Part shown: in pieces, positions 1 through 10,553 of the stretch | Layout of the letters: each line of letters begins with the position of its first letter | Position numbering within the stretch: the first letter of the stretch is position 1 | Program-made: the position numbers and the translations under genes | From: Bacteroidales bacterium | GTDB taxonomy: Bacteria; Bacteroidota; Bacteroidia; Bacteroidales; UBA7960 | Assembly (NCBI GenBank): GCA_031323845.1 | Contig: JAVIYP010000004.1 | Location: 14,512-78,511 of the forward strand | Reading direction: 5' to 3' | DNA length: 64,000 nt | Notes under the pieces: generated by a model | What the model was told of the DNA's origin: nothing | The model's database searches: none | The model's input: only the letters and a program-made list of their open reading frames with translations

Positions 1-170
1 TTATGCTTCTCATTTTTTTTGATTTGATGCATATATAGGTGCTCATCCGGCACAATATATAAATTCCTGACATATTTACCAAGAAATCAATTGCCTAATT
101 GCAGATCCATGCAGCAGGCATTGAAGCAGCATGCTTGCAGTGTTCTCAACATCAGTTGATTCAAATTTGA

Positions 171-232
171 AGATGTGCAAGTGTGAAGATATACAAATGT
201 GAAGATGTGCAAATGTGAAGATGTGCAGATGT
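171..232 (-). repeat. Octamer array (ATYTKCAC)x7, 'D' module of the dispersed composite element
   Basis: Reverse complement reads atctgcac atcttcac atttgcac atcttcac atttgtat atcttcac acttgcac; the same octamers occur at about 10449, 32881 and 58090. Confidence 0.9.
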
Positions 233-469
233 CCGGCTTCCTGATAGTATTCGCATAAGCATGCTCCTGTGCGTCAACATCTTTGGCAATGGCGCTTGTT
301 TTTGCCGAGTTCGCAAGTACCCGGTTTATGTGTTTATTATTTCGTATGTAGTTGGTTGTCTCTTGCCATCCGCAACGGGACACCTTTGCAACTATCTGAT
401 ACAGGTTTTGATGCCATAATGATCATGCAACTTTCCCTTGTTTGTGTTTTGTCTGCGCAGCCCAGGCTT

Positions 470-790
470 GCACTGACTTCAGGAATGGGTGCTGCGCTTA
501 CCTCTTATTCCGGGGAGTTTACCTGGGCCGGCCAGGCCTGCACTGAAATAACGAATGTGGCCGGCCCAAACTAAGGGGTTTTGGCCCACGATCAACCCCT
601 TGTTATCAGGCATGAAACCACGGAGTCAATAATTACTGCCGCATCATAACATGGAGACAACCTACCAGGGCATTTGTCATACACGATGGCTGGCCTGTCT
701 GTCCCCCAGTATGTGGCCGGACTTGGCCGGCCACCCTTAATTCAATAAGGGCATAGCGGTAGACGCAGCACCCATTCCTGAATTCAGGGC
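470..790. repeat. About 320 bp segment bounded by 33-bp inverted repeats (MITE-like)
   Basis: 470-502 gcactgacttcaggaatgggtgctgcgcttacc vs revcomp of 758-790 gccctgaattcaggaatgggtgctgcgtctacc (29/33); weaker internal ggccggcca arms; no credible ORF or TSD. Confidence 0.75.
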
Positions 791-834
791 GTTCTGTTTC
801 CCATCGCGATCACTTCGGCTTCAAGTCTCCTGGC

Positions 835-947
835 AGATTTCTCCCTGCGTTCGAAACAAGCTTCCGACTTCTGACCTCCGACCTCCTATTCTTTCAAAAA
901 GAAAACCAACAAATAAACGATTCAACGATTCAACAATAGTTTTCCGG
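835..947 (-). repeat. Head of the dispersed composite element (octamer array + ttttgaaggattaggag-like block + gaagcttrtttcgaacgcagkgagaaatct)
   Basis: Revcomp aligns to 57851-57953 (last 30 nt 28/30 identical) and starts ccggaaaactattgttgaa exactly as at 32518. Confidence 0.9.
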
Positions 948-1091
948 TCTGCGACTACAGCCTTCCTAACAGGTCGGGTTATGCTTTTCGAGAAACCGAA
1001 TGAGCTCATTAAGGGGGGTATATTGGCACCTGCGAAATATCCGTTTCAATCATGATACGATTGGTAATTATTTCACCGGCCTTTACTCATT

Positions 1092-4000
1092 TCATTCAAC
1101 CCGCCCGACATGAAGATCAATACACTTCAACAATGCTGTTATATCAATTGGCTTGGTGATGTAATCATTAAACCCGGCTTCCATTATCTTTGCCTTGTCT
1201 CCTGCCAATGCTTGTGCCGTTTGGGCGATAATGACAACATCCTTGTTGAACCCGCGGATTTCTCTTGCAGCCTTGTCACCGTCCATAACAGGCATTTTAA
1301 TGTCCATCAGGATCAGGTCAAGATCCGGATGCTGTCTGCATATTTCCACAGCTTCCTTACCGTCAAAGGCCTGCAGAATCTCCTTTGAAAATGCCTTTAC
1401 ATATTCTATCAATACCAAAGAAGACATTTCATCATCTTCTACAATCAATATTTTGAGTTTTTTTGTCTGTACAACCTCTGGCAACATTGAATTATTGCGT
1501 TCCTCCGCTCTTGTCTCCTCCTGCATGCTTTCTATAGGAACGGTAAAATAAAATGCCGAACCTTTACCCTCTTCGCTTTCCACCCATATCTCTCCACCCA
1601 GCATTTCCACATACGCCCTGGAAATGGCCAGTCCGAGACCGGCGCCCTGCCTTGCCTCTTTGTCTTCAATATCAGCCTGGATAAAACGTTCAAAGATCGC
1701 ATGCTGCCGGTCTTTGGGAATGCCTATGCCCGTATCTTTTACAAAGAACTCAAGGTAGGATCCTTTTCTGGTACAACCAAACCTGATAGTGCCTTTATGT
1801 GAGTATTTTATGGCATTTTTAACCAGGTTGGTAAGAACGGCAAACAGCTTTTCGCGATCCGTAACGACCATGGCCTGTTCTGCCGGAAGCACTTCCGGTA
1901 ACTCCAGGGTCATCCCTTTTTCTTCAACCTGGGCCCTGAAAAAGGTATAGATATAGTCCAGGTGTTCATTTATGTTGGATGCTGTCAGGTTGACATCCAT
2001 GGCACCTGCTTCAATGCGGGAGATATCCACAATGTCATTGATAATGTTAAGCATTCTTTTACCACTTGTCTCAATCATCTCCAGGTACAGTTGTTGCTTT
2101 TCATCTGACAGTTCTGGTTCTTTCAGGAGCTCCGAGAAACCAAGAATCCCATTCATCGGGGTGCGTATCTCATGACTCATGTTGGCCAGGAAGGCCGATT
2201 TCAGCCGGTCGCTTTCCTCTGCTTTTTCTTTGGCAAGGATAAACTCCTGTTCCCTTTTTTTATCCTCTGTAATATCCCGGAACTCTGCTGCCCTTATTTG
2301 CTTGCCTTTATAAGGGATGTTTTTGGCCTGAATCCGAAGATCATATTCCTCGCCATTTTTACGTATGCCCTTGGCTTCATAAGGTTTTTCAGACCCTGTT
2401 TTAATATGGTGCATCGCCAGGTGCCTGGAATCTTCAGTAAGTAACATAAGCCCATCCATACCCATAAGTTCTTCTTTAGAGTATCCCGTGATAGCAGAAA
2501 GTCCATGGTTACAGTCAATGATCTTTCCCTTGTCGTGAATCATAATGCCGCCAAAACTGGCATTATGCAGTGCAATAAATCGCGCCTGGCTTTCCTCAGC
2601 ATTGTTTTTGGCTTGCACCAGGTCTTCAAAAGCTTTTGTGCGCTCGAGTGCCAGGCTGATTTGATTCGACACATATTCAAGAATTTCTATGCTATCGTCA
2701 TCGAATGCATCATTATTGTGGTAGCTTTGAACAACAATCGCTCCAACCGTCTTATCTTTACTAAAAATGGGCACACCAAGCCAGGCTTCACAAATCGAAC
2801 CTGTTTGACTAATAGTGCCGGATTCTATCAGTTGGATGATTTCAGGCTTTCTTAATAAAAGCGACTGTTTTTTGTTAATTACCAGTCCGGTAACAGATTC
2901 ATCTGCCAGCCATGTGTCCACATGGTCTTTTTCGTCTTTTTCAAACGGAGCCGACAACATAGCTGTTTCTTCGTCATAAAGAGCCACATAGTAGTTGGAC
3001 GTGTCAACCAGCTGTGACAAATGCTTTTCTACGGCTATGATCAGATCGCGCAAATTAAAATTGACCACGATCTCATTGGCTATCTGATAGAGGATTTGTT
3101 GTCTTTTCAGGGTTTGTTTTTGATCGGTGATGTCCCTGACCCATTCCACAAACAGCTCCATCTCCCCGTTTTCATCCAATACAGGAATCACCCGCAAGTC
3201 AATCCAGGTACCACCAGGAAGCTCTGCTTCCGTTTGAAATGCTTTTTTTGTTTTTAGCACTTCTTTCGCCTTGCAGTCGGGACACACATCATCCATATCC
3301 CTGTATGTTTTGTAGCACTTTGTATAAAGCTTTCTTTTTGCTTCATCAACTGCAGCAAAGCCTTTCCAGTTGCTGTAAACGATGTTGAAATCCTTGTCAT
3401 GAATGGATATCATATCCGGAATCAGGGCAAGCATTTTTTGGAAGCGATCTTCGCTTTCCTGAATTTTCTGCTGCGCCAGCTTCTGTTCAGTAATATCAAT
3501 GGCAACCTCCAACCTTACCAATCTTCCGTCTTCCCAATAAATTGCACTGTCACGTAAGGCATACCACCTATTGTTGACGCTGTTTTGAAACTCCCATTCA
3601 TAACCACCGGTTGGCTGACCATTTTCATCAACAAGCTTTTCGTTTGAGCAAAAGGAACATGGCTTTTCAAAACCCTGAAGTGCATTATAACATTTTTGCC
3701 CTTCTATGTCTCTTCCCCAAACCTTTAATCCGGCTTCGTTTATAAACAACAATTCATGGGTGTCCATGTCGGCAATATATACGAATGCATTGATGCCGTT
3801 CAAAATTGTCAGCAGTTGCTCTTTTGATTTTTGAATATCAATTTCAGCCAGCTTGCGCTCGGTGGTATCCATTACCGTAGATATCATAAAACCATGCTCT
3901 TCCAGAAGAATATTCTGTGATGACACGTATTTTACAAGCTTCCCGTTTTTTGTTATGGGAATATCCTGCCACTGCATTCGCTTCGGATCACCGCTTTTGA

Positions 4001-6911
4001 TGTCAGACAACACCCTGTTTTTAATCTCCTCCCTGAAGGCTTCGTCCTCATATACGGCCTCCCAGAAAGACCCAACGGTAGGAAGATCTGTTGTTTCAAC
4101 ACCATATATTTGTGCAAAATTTTCGTTGACTAATTCGACTTTCGGTTCAGACTCAAGGGTATTTATAGCAATGCCTATGGGCAGTTTATTCAGAATCGTA
4201 TGAATGAGCTGCTGTTGTTTTTTAAGCTCATCTTCATGATGTTTTTTATATGTGATGTCATCAAACACGGCATAAGACTGAAAGGGTTTCTCCTCCCCCG
4301 GCCGGAAAAGTGGTGTCGCCGTGATCGATAACCAAACATACTCATCTTTTTCTGGAATGTAGATACCCCTGGTAACAGGACCAACTTTTTCTCCGGTTTT
4401 AAAAGTGATCATGGCTGGATGGTCACTTCCCGGAACTTTTTCTCCATCTTCGGTGATCATTTTCCAGCGGGGATCCATCGAAGTTTTTCCACGCATCTGG
4501 TCCCATGACAAACCAAGCATCCTTTCAGCTGCCGGGTTGACTGATATTATTGTTCCATCAGCTGCCTGGTAGATTACGCCCTGCGACATGGTTTCAAAGA
4601 GCCGGCGGTGTTGTTCTTCGCTTTTGCGCAGGGCCTCTTCAGCACGCTTACGCTCGGCAATGTCAGATGAAACACCTATCAACCCTTTTGGATTATTATT
4701 TGAATCCGTCAACAAGGTAGTCCGGCAATCCAAAATCCTACTCAGATTACCTTCCTTGTCATAATTAATGACTTCACCTCTCCAGGCTCCCGTTTTCAGG
4801 GTTGTTTCCAATATTTCTTGTTGTGTAGAGCCTTGTGCTTTATCCTCACCGAATATTTCAATTGATTTCCCAATAATTTGGTCCTTTGTCAAGCCAATTG
4901 AGTTGCACTCGGCCTTATTTGCATAGATTATTTTTCCGTTGAGGTCGGTAACCGATACATGATCGCCTATCTGGTCCAATATTTCGGTTTGTAACAGAAG
5001 TTGTTCCTCATGCTTTTTACGTTCGGTTATGTCCTCGACCTCGGCAATCTCCATTTCCTGGCCTTCAAAAGCAAGATAATAGCTGTTGATTTTAACCGGC
5101 AACATCTTTCCATCACTCCTTCTGTGCGCTGACTCAAAGCTTAGCTCACCAGTTTCCCGGTACTGTTTGAACACCTCTTTTCTCTTTTCCCGGGGGTAAT
5201 TCGGGTCAACGTCCCAGACATGCATGGAAAGCAGCTCCTCACGTGAGTATTCCAGTTTCTTTGCTGCCGTTTCATTTACATAGATAAATTTCCCTCCGGG
5301 TGATATCCAAAAGACACTGAGGGGCGACTTGTCAACCGTTTTCTGGGTTCTGAGCAGCGCTGTTTCAGCCAGTTTACGTTCGGTGATGTCAGTATGTGTT
5401 CCTATCATTCTGGCCGGCTTGCCTTTTGCATCTCTTTCTATGATCTTGCCTTTCGTCTGTATCCACATCCATTCTCCGTCTTTTTTCAGGAACCGGAATT
5501 CAAGGTCATACTTTTCTGACGCCCCGCCCTGGTATGCTTTTAAGGCAGCCTGAGCCGCATCCAAATCATCCGGATGAACTCTTTCGGCCCAGCCTTCAAA
5601 AGTCTGAGGGAATTCATTGGGCTCATAACCGGCCATTGTATAGTAGCGGTCATCAAAAAAAACAGTATGCGTTATAATGTTCCAGTCCCACATACCTTCA
5701 TTCTTGACCATCATGGCATAATTCAGCCGTTCCTCACTCTGGCGCAATTTCTCACGCATCGAATATTCCCTGGTTACATCACTAAATACCAGCACAACCC
5801 CGGTTATCTCACCGTCTCGATTTTTAATGGGAGCAGCAGTATCGGCTATCTGGTATTCCTTTCCGCTTTTGGAAATCAGGACTGTATGGTTGGCAAGCCC
5901 GACCACTTTTTTGCTTTTCATCACTTGTTTTACAGGATCAACAACTGTTTTCCTGGTTTTTGCATTGACAATCCTGAAAACCTCTGACAAAGGTTTGTTC
6001 ACAGCATCTTCAATTGTCCAGCCGCAATAGCTTTCAGCGGCAGGATTCATATTGGTTATGCGCCCTTCTTTATCAGTAGTGATCACCCCGTCGCCAATGG
6101 AGTTAAACGTGGTCCGGTGACGCTCTTTTATTTCTTCAATGCTGTCTGCTTCCAGCTTACGCTCAACAAGATAACCCAGGTATTGAGCTGATTTCTCAAT
6201 ACGCTGCTTCGCATAATCAATAACAAACCCGGGACGGTCTGTGTAGTCGTTTGCTTGTTTTCGCAATTCGTTTAACGGGATCTTGTATTTTTTAGACAAC
6301 TTTTTAAGTTCCTCATCCTCTTTGGGAGGCGAACCAAAGCCAAAGTTAATGGCGCCAATTATTTGTTTTTGGGCCCGAACAGGTACAGTGTACAGATTTA
6401 TTCCTCCATTACAGGCCACCTCAATGGGTTTACCTTCAGTCATCGCTTTCAAAGAAGCATCCTTCCAGCAGGAATCATGGCATAACCATTTCCCGCTCTC
6501 CAGGGCCTCGCGGTTGTCGCCGGTATTGCATAGCCGGCGTGATGCTGCATCCATCATCCGGCACCATCCCGAAGAAAAGATCCCCAAAGCATAATCCCCG
6601 TTTTTCTCATAAATGGCAGCAGAGGTTTCCAACAGGTCAAGATACTCGGAGACAATATCCTGCAATTGCTTTTTTTTAATGGATTTCCTGATCAATCCAT
6701 CTTCATTTAAGTCACTAAGATCACCATAGTCAGGCACGAAGTCTATGGATGCAGTTTGCTTGGGTTTAAGCATCCATTCCATATCGTTCAGCCTTTTGCT
6801 GAGGTTTTCATTCTCCTTGGTTTTTTGCTCACACAACGATGTTAGCGCATCAATTTCCTGCTGTAACCGTTGGATATCCTTTAACTGATCGAGGTTGTTT
6901 GTTTCCTTCAT
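1092..6911 (-). CDS. Soluble hybrid sensor histidine kinase: PocR - 8 PAS - GAF - PAS - HisKA - HATPase - REC (1939 aa)
   Basis: H-box AFLANMSHEIRTPMNG, G-boxes DTGIGI/GAGLGL, REC EDD..MDIKMP; N-terminal Cys-rich PocR-like segment (GWCRMMD..WLCHDSCW..CNGG..VPV); repeated PAC ends (DITE). Confidence 0.95.
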   Translation of the reverse strand: MKETNNLDQLKDIQRLQQEIDALTSLCEQKTKENENLSKRLNDMEWMLKPKQTASIDFVPDYGDLSDLNEDGLIRKSIKKKQLQDIVSEYLDLLETSAAIYEKNGDYALGIFSSGWCRMMDAASRRLCNTGDNREALESGKWLCHDSCWKDASLKAMTEGKPIEVACNGGINLYTVPVRAQKQIIGAINFGFGSPPKEDEELKKLSKKYKIPLNELRKQANDYTDRPGFVIDYAKQRIEKSAQYLGYLVERKLEADSIEEIKERHRTTFNSIGDGVITTDKEGRITNMNPAAESYCGWTIEDAVNKPLSEVFRIVNAKTRKTVVDPVKQVMKSKKVVGLANHTVLISKSGKEYQIADTAAPIKNRDGEITGVVLVFSDVTREYSMREKLRQSEERLNYAMMVKNEGMWDWNIITHTVFFDDRYYTMAGYEPNEFPQTFEGWAERVHPDDLDAAQAALKAYQGGASEKYDLEFRFLKKDGEWMWIQTKGKIIERDAKGKPARMIGTHTDITERKLAETALLRTQKTVDKSPLSVFWISPGGKFIYVNETAAKKLEYSREELLSMHVWDVDPNYPREKRKEVFKQYRETGELSFESAHRRSDGKMLPVKINSYYLAFEGQEMEIAEVEDITERKKHEEQLLLQTEILDQIGDHVSVTDLNGKIIYANKAECNSIGLTKDQIIGKSIEIFGEDKAQGSTQQEILETTLKTGAWRGEVINYDKEGNLSRILDCRTTLLTDSNNNPKGLIGVSSDIAERKRAEEALRKSEEQHRRLFETMSQGVIYQAADGTIISVNPAAERMLGLSWDQMRGKTSMDPRWKMITEDGEKVPGSDHPAMITFKTGEKVGPVTRGIYIPEKDEYVWLSITATPLFRPGEEKPFQSYAVFDDITYKKHHEDELKKQQQLIHTILNKLPIGIAINTLESEPKVELVNENFAQIYGVETTDLPTVGSFWEAVYEDEAFREEIKNRVLSDIKSGDPKRMQWQDIPITKNGKLVKYVSSQNILLEEHGFMISTVMDTTERKLAEIDIQKSKEQLLTILNGINAFVYIADMDTHELLFINEAGLKVWGRDIEGQKCYNALQGFEKPCSFCSNEKLVDENGQPTGGYEWEFQNSVNNRWYALRDSAIYWEDGRLVRLEVAIDITEQKLAQQKIQESEDRFQKMLALIPDMISIHDKDFNIVYSNWKGFAAVDEAKRKLYTKCYKTYRDMDDVCPDCKAKEVLKTKKAFQTEAELPGGTWIDLRVIPVLDENGEMELFVEWVRDITDQKQTLKRQQILYQIANEIVVNFNLRDLIIAVEKHLSQLVDTSNYYVALYDEETAMLSAPFEKDEKDHVDTWLADESVTGLVINKKQSLLLRKPEIIQLIESGTISQTGSICEAWLGVPIFSKDKTVGAIVVQSYHNNDAFDDDSIEILEYVSNQISLALERTKAFEDLVQAKNNAEESQARFIALHNASFGGIMIHDKGKIIDCNHGLSAITGYSKEELMGMDGLMLLTEDSRHLAMHHIKTGSEKPYEAKGIRKNGEEYDLRIQAKNIPYKGKQIRAAEFRDITEDKKREQEFILAKEKAEESDRLKSAFLANMSHEIRTPMNGILGFSELLKEPELSDEKQQLYLEMIETSGKRMLNIINDIVDISRIEAGAMDVNLTASNINEHLDYIYTFFRAQVEEKGMTLELPEVLPAEQAMVVTDREKLFAVLTNLVKNAIKYSHKGTIRFGCTRKGSYLEFFVKDTGIGIPKDRQHAIFERFIQADIEDKEARQGAGLGLAISRAYVEMLGGEIWVESEEGKGSAFYFTVPIESMQEETRAEERNNSMLPEVVQTKKLKILIVEDDEMSSLVLIEYVKAFSKEILQAFDGKEAVEICRQHPDLDLILMDIKMPVMDGDKAAREIRGFNKDVVIIAQTAQALAGDKAKIMEAGFNDYITKPIDITALLKCIDLHVGRVE

Positions 6912-7583
6912 AGCAATTAGCTTTTTACTTCCGGAACGTCAGTCGACCCGTGGCCTGTTGGTTAATTATGGTGTTAGCTTACGTTTACGTAGTTCTTGTT
7001 TTTAATTGACCAGTGGCTTCAAATCTATTTCCTTGAGTAGCGATGGCCGGGCAATAGCGTCTCGTTTATTTACCGCGAAAATTTGCACATTGATCAAGAC
7101 AAGAAGCCAGTGTCATGTCAACACTACTTTAGCCGGCCCAAGTCTTGATCTTTTTCCTCATATCTGCAAAATAAAATCTTTACGTAACTACGGCTATACG
7201 CAGATTTTCTTTTTTGATCTGAGAAAAAATCTCTTCGACTTAACCGACACAGTAGCATTGACATGACACTAGTATTTTTCAATGCCTCCTGAATACATTC
7301 AGTAAAACATATGTTGCGACCCTCTCAAATATACGCGATTTTTTTTTATTCGAAAATAACTCAACGGAGAATAAAAAAGTTCCTGAGAAAGCAAGGTGGT
7401 TCCTCCCATGCACAAATAGTATTCATGATGGACATATACAATGGGTGAAACGGTAACGTTGTGGCCGCCAGAAAAAGCATGAATCTGTCGTGAGCTGGAG
7501 CTTTGCTGATTGCAGGTCATAAGACCGGAACTGCCGGAAAAGAGCAATGGTGTAATTGCCCCGCATAAAGCTTACTGCGCAAT

Positions 7584-8414
7584 CTAAAAATCATCCATGC
7601 CGGTATTCACACGCACCTCCCTGACACGATTTACAGTCTCATACAAGTCATCTTCGAGCATCTGTCTGAATCGTTCGATTTTGTCGCCCGCCATCTGTTC
7701 CACCATACGCCGTTGAGCCTCCGGCATGGTCTCCATCTGACGCTCAAACTCCGCAAGGCCCTCTTCTGCCTCCTGACGCTCTTCTTCTGTAAGTGCCAGG
7801 CCCCTGATGATGACAACGGTTTCATAGGGATACTGCATTCCTTCCACATCACGGTAATCTCTCTGCTGTATGACCTGGTTGATTATTCGCTGTTCTCCTT
7901 CGTGCTCGATGTGCGCTTTATACTCAAGCTCCCTCAGCACCCAGTCGCCAATATCTATGCGTAAGTAAACATCTTCAAACGTGTGCGGAGCCCAGGGCTC
8001 ATCTACAATATTTTCCCCTTTTTCAATATAAATCACATGCACACTATGGCCATTCATTTCATCGGTGCCCTTGTATTCACCATCTTGCATCACAGCTTCA
8101 TAAACGCGCGAAAACACTTCTGCATCAGTAAGGTTCGAGCCGGAGACCACTTCTTGCTCATCCGCATCCACGACCCGCGATTTAAAATAAGGCCGGCCGT
8201 TATCCCAGGTTTTTTTGTAATGAAGCGTTTGCTGGTCCATCACAACAACAAAATCATCAATGTTTTCGATGGATGCCTCGTAGTGATCCTGCCAAGATTG
8301 TATGATTTCCCTTACTTCAGGATCACCGCCCTGCCCGGCGGCAGCGAAGGCAACAAAAGTGAACATAAAAAATAACATCAGGATGTTTAAATTTTTCTTA
8401 ACATCAGGTAACAT
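7584..8414 (-). CDS. Exported hypothetical protein (276 aa)
   Basis: Long ORF with signal peptide (LMLFFMFTFVAFAAA); acidic helical C-terminus. Confidence 0.8.
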   Translation of the reverse strand: MLPDVKKNLNILMLFFMFTFVAFAAAGQGGDPEVREIIQSWQDHYEASIENIDDFVVVMDQQTLHYKKTWDNGRPYFKSRVVDADEQEVVSGSNLTDAEVFSRVYEAVMQDGEYKGTDEMNGHSVHVIYIEKGENIVDEPWAPHTFEDVYLRIDIGDWVLRELEYKAHIEHEGEQRIINQVIQQRDYRDVEGMQYPYETVVIIRGLALTEEERQEAEEGLAEFERQMETMPEAQRRMVEQMAGDKIERFRQMLEDDLYETVNRVREVRVNTGMDDF

Positions 8415-8584
8415 AACAACACCTTTCTTTTTTTGTTTCTAATTGTATATCAAACACATAAAGCCTAATCAGGCCATATAATCCGAATTTACAAAAAAAC
8501 GCACACATATCAAAGCTTTTGACATTTATTAGCGTTTGTTCTGTAAAGCTTACATGATCCTGATGTCTTTCCGGCGTGCTGTTC

Positions 8585-9505
8585 TCACTCAAAAAAATAC
8601 CGGTATCCGAAACTGAAGGTGTTGTAGGGGAAATCATGTATGCCATGCTGAAACGCAACATAGAGTGAGGTGTTGTTTTGGCGGGCATGTTCAAGTTTTA
8701 AACGGTACACCATGGGCCGGTCACCATTGTTAAGATAGCCTACATAGCCGCCAAGGGTGTTGGTGACCGACAGATGGTCGGTGACTTGTGCCTGCACTCC
8801 GGCACCGTACAAAAAGGCATCGTTCTGAAAATTGGTCCTGTAGAGCTGCCAGACGTAGAAGCCGGCCAGCACAAACGGCCTGATTTCACTAATGGTTTTG
8901 CCGGGAAAATGATAGCTTTTCCCTGCCGAAAGGTCAAAATGATAGCCCGGATTATCGGTATGCCGGGCATCGTCGAGGTTGCTGCCGGAAGCGGTTCGCA
9001 GGTTCAGGGTCAACAGGAGGCCGGGGCGGCGGTCGTCCTCTTCGAGCAGCTGGATGTGCGTGCCGATGTAGAGATCGCCAAAGGAAAACCCACGGGCGTC
9101 AAAATTTCTCGCCTTGCGCAGATCGCGGGTAAGCGTATCCAGCCGGTAATGCTCCACCACCACCATTTCCAGGTTTAGTCCGACACGCTCAGAAAACAAC
9201 GGAAGGAACATCCTGCCGAAGAGGTTCCGTGTTTGGTCGCCTCCTCCGAAGTGACGCTGATAGGACGCTTCGATGCTTCTGCCCTGTCTTATGGCACCTG
9301 TGTGTATCTCAGGCACCGGCAGTGCATTGGGGCCCATAAACCCCGGCGATATGATCATGTAACGCGACCAGTGTGTAACGCCGTCCCAGTTGTGCTTTTC
9401 ATTCCACCACTGATAGCTTCCATACGAAGTCGTTGCCAGAAGGCAAAGCAACAGGCCTGTCAATGTGTTTATCCTTAAGAAAGCAAAAAACATAGGCATC
9501 ATCAA
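8585..9505 (-). CDS. Hypothetical outer-membrane protein (probable beta-barrel)
   Basis: Signal peptide, amphipathic strands, aromatic C-terminus FSFGYRYFFE. Confidence 0.75.
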   Translation of the reverse strand: MMMPMFFAFLRINTLTGLLLCLLATTSYGSYQWWNEKHNWDGVTHWSRYMIISPGFMGPNALPVPEIHTGAIRQGRSIEASYQRHFGGGDQTRNLFGRMFLPLFSERVGLNLEMVVVEHYRLDTLTRDLRKARNFDARGFSFGDLYIGTHIQLLEEDDRRPGLLLTLNLRTASGSNLDDARHTDNPGYHFDLSAGKSYHFPGKTISEIRPFVLAGFYVWQLYRTNFQNDAFLYGAGVQAQVTDHLSVTNTLGGYVGYLNNGDRPMVYRLKLEHARQNNTSLYVAFQHGIHDFPYNTFSFGYRYFFE

Positions 9506-9614
9506 TAAGTATCCGAGCTTATGTGCAGCATACAGGAGAGAACATTGCAGTGGGTTGATTATCCGATTACTGCTGTATCAGCGCTCCCCTGCCTGCACTG
9601 CAGTTACTCATCTG

Positions 9615-9622
9615 CAAAAATA
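9615..9622 (-). promoter_or_regulatory. Bacteroidota housekeeping -7 element TATTTTTG
   Basis: Matches TAnnTTTG about 110 nt upstream of the 9505 start. Confidence 0.4.
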
Positions 9623-9644
9623 GGGAATAGTTTGGACTCTCTTA

Positions 9645-10061
9645 CTACGGCCCGGGTTTTTGGCTTTGTTGTCTCTTCCTTTTCAGGAAGTCTGCCGCAC
9701 GAAGGTATGTCGCGATAATCAATGCGGCGAGCCAGCCAAACAAGGTCAGGGTATCGGCGGCGGAGGCGGTTATGCCAATGCCGGTAATTCGCTTGAGGAT
9801 GTACTGCACATAGGACACCGGAAGGCCTGTTTCTCCCATCCTGTGCAACACCTGCCAGTGCCAGTCGGTCAACGGGCAATAACCGATCCCGTAAAACAGC
9901 CCCAGGATAAACCAGGAACCTCCCGTCAGCAGCACGCAAATCAGGTGTGCTGTTCGCAAACGCGGCACCAGCCATCCAAAAAGTATAAAAATGATGAGCG
10001 CAGAATGAAAGACTACGAAAAATATATCAGCCAGGGTAAGTATGATGCCGGGGTTATTCAT
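9645..10061 (-). CDS. DUF2784-family membrane protein
   Basis: LADIFFVVFHSALIIF..HL..GYCPLTDWHW pattern; ATG at 10061 (MNNPGII) preferred over 10166. Confidence 0.8.
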   Translation of the reverse strand: MNNPGIILTLADIFFVVFHSALIIFILFGWLVPRLRTAHLICVLLTGGSWFILGLFYGIGYCPLTDWHWQVLHRMGETGLPVSYVQYILKRITGIGITASAADTLTLFGWLAALIIATYLRAADFLKRKRQQSQKPGP

Positions 10062-10288
10062 TGTTGCATGTGAAGGGAAGGCCTTCCTGTACAAACTTAC
10101 AAAAATGTGCGAATAAGATAATTGCTGGTTGTTTTTTTTTATTTTTACGGTGTCTTGTCCTGACATAGGTTTACACCTTTTGTAAACAAAAATCAGGACG
10201 GGTCAGGCCAGAGGTTTGATGTATGAGGTTAGATGTTGGAAAGAAAGAAGCCCGTTCATGACGTCAGGGCAAGCCACCAGGCAGATTA

Positions 10289-10535
10289 TCTTGCTAAAAG
10301 CTAAAAGCCAAAAGCCAAAAGCGATCAAAATGAAAAGTGAAAAATGAAAAGTGAAAAATGAAAAGTGAAAAATGAAAAATGAAAAATGAAAAATGAAAAA
10401 TCAACGATTAAACGAATCAACAATTAAACAATTAAACAATAACCTTACATCTTCACATCTTCACATCTGCACATTTGCACATCTTCACATCTGCACATCT
10501 GCAAAGCCATACAAGCACTTATGCTAATATAAACA
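10289..10535 (+). repeat. Composite element, tail modules A(AAAAGCH)4-B(AAAARTG)10-C(AACRAWTM)4-D(ATYTKCAC)6-conserved tail
   Basis: Arrays read directly; tail agccatacaagcacttatgctaatataaaca is 28/31 identical to 58157-58187. Confidence 0.95.
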
Positions 10536-10553
10536 TATAAAAAGCACCGTTTT

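Noticed and set aside
87-383. 98-aa ORF, and similarly ORFs 821-1009, 10445-10711 and 57870-58097
   Set aside because: They are translations of the octamer/heptamer arrays (HIFT, RCEDV repeats) and show no protein-family signal
269-574. 101-aa ORF running into the inverted-repeat element
   Set aside because: TTG start, no recognisable motif, crosses a repeat arm
7299-7547. 82-aa intergenic ORF
   Set aside because: No motif; it lies in the AT-rich regulatory region upstream of the kinase
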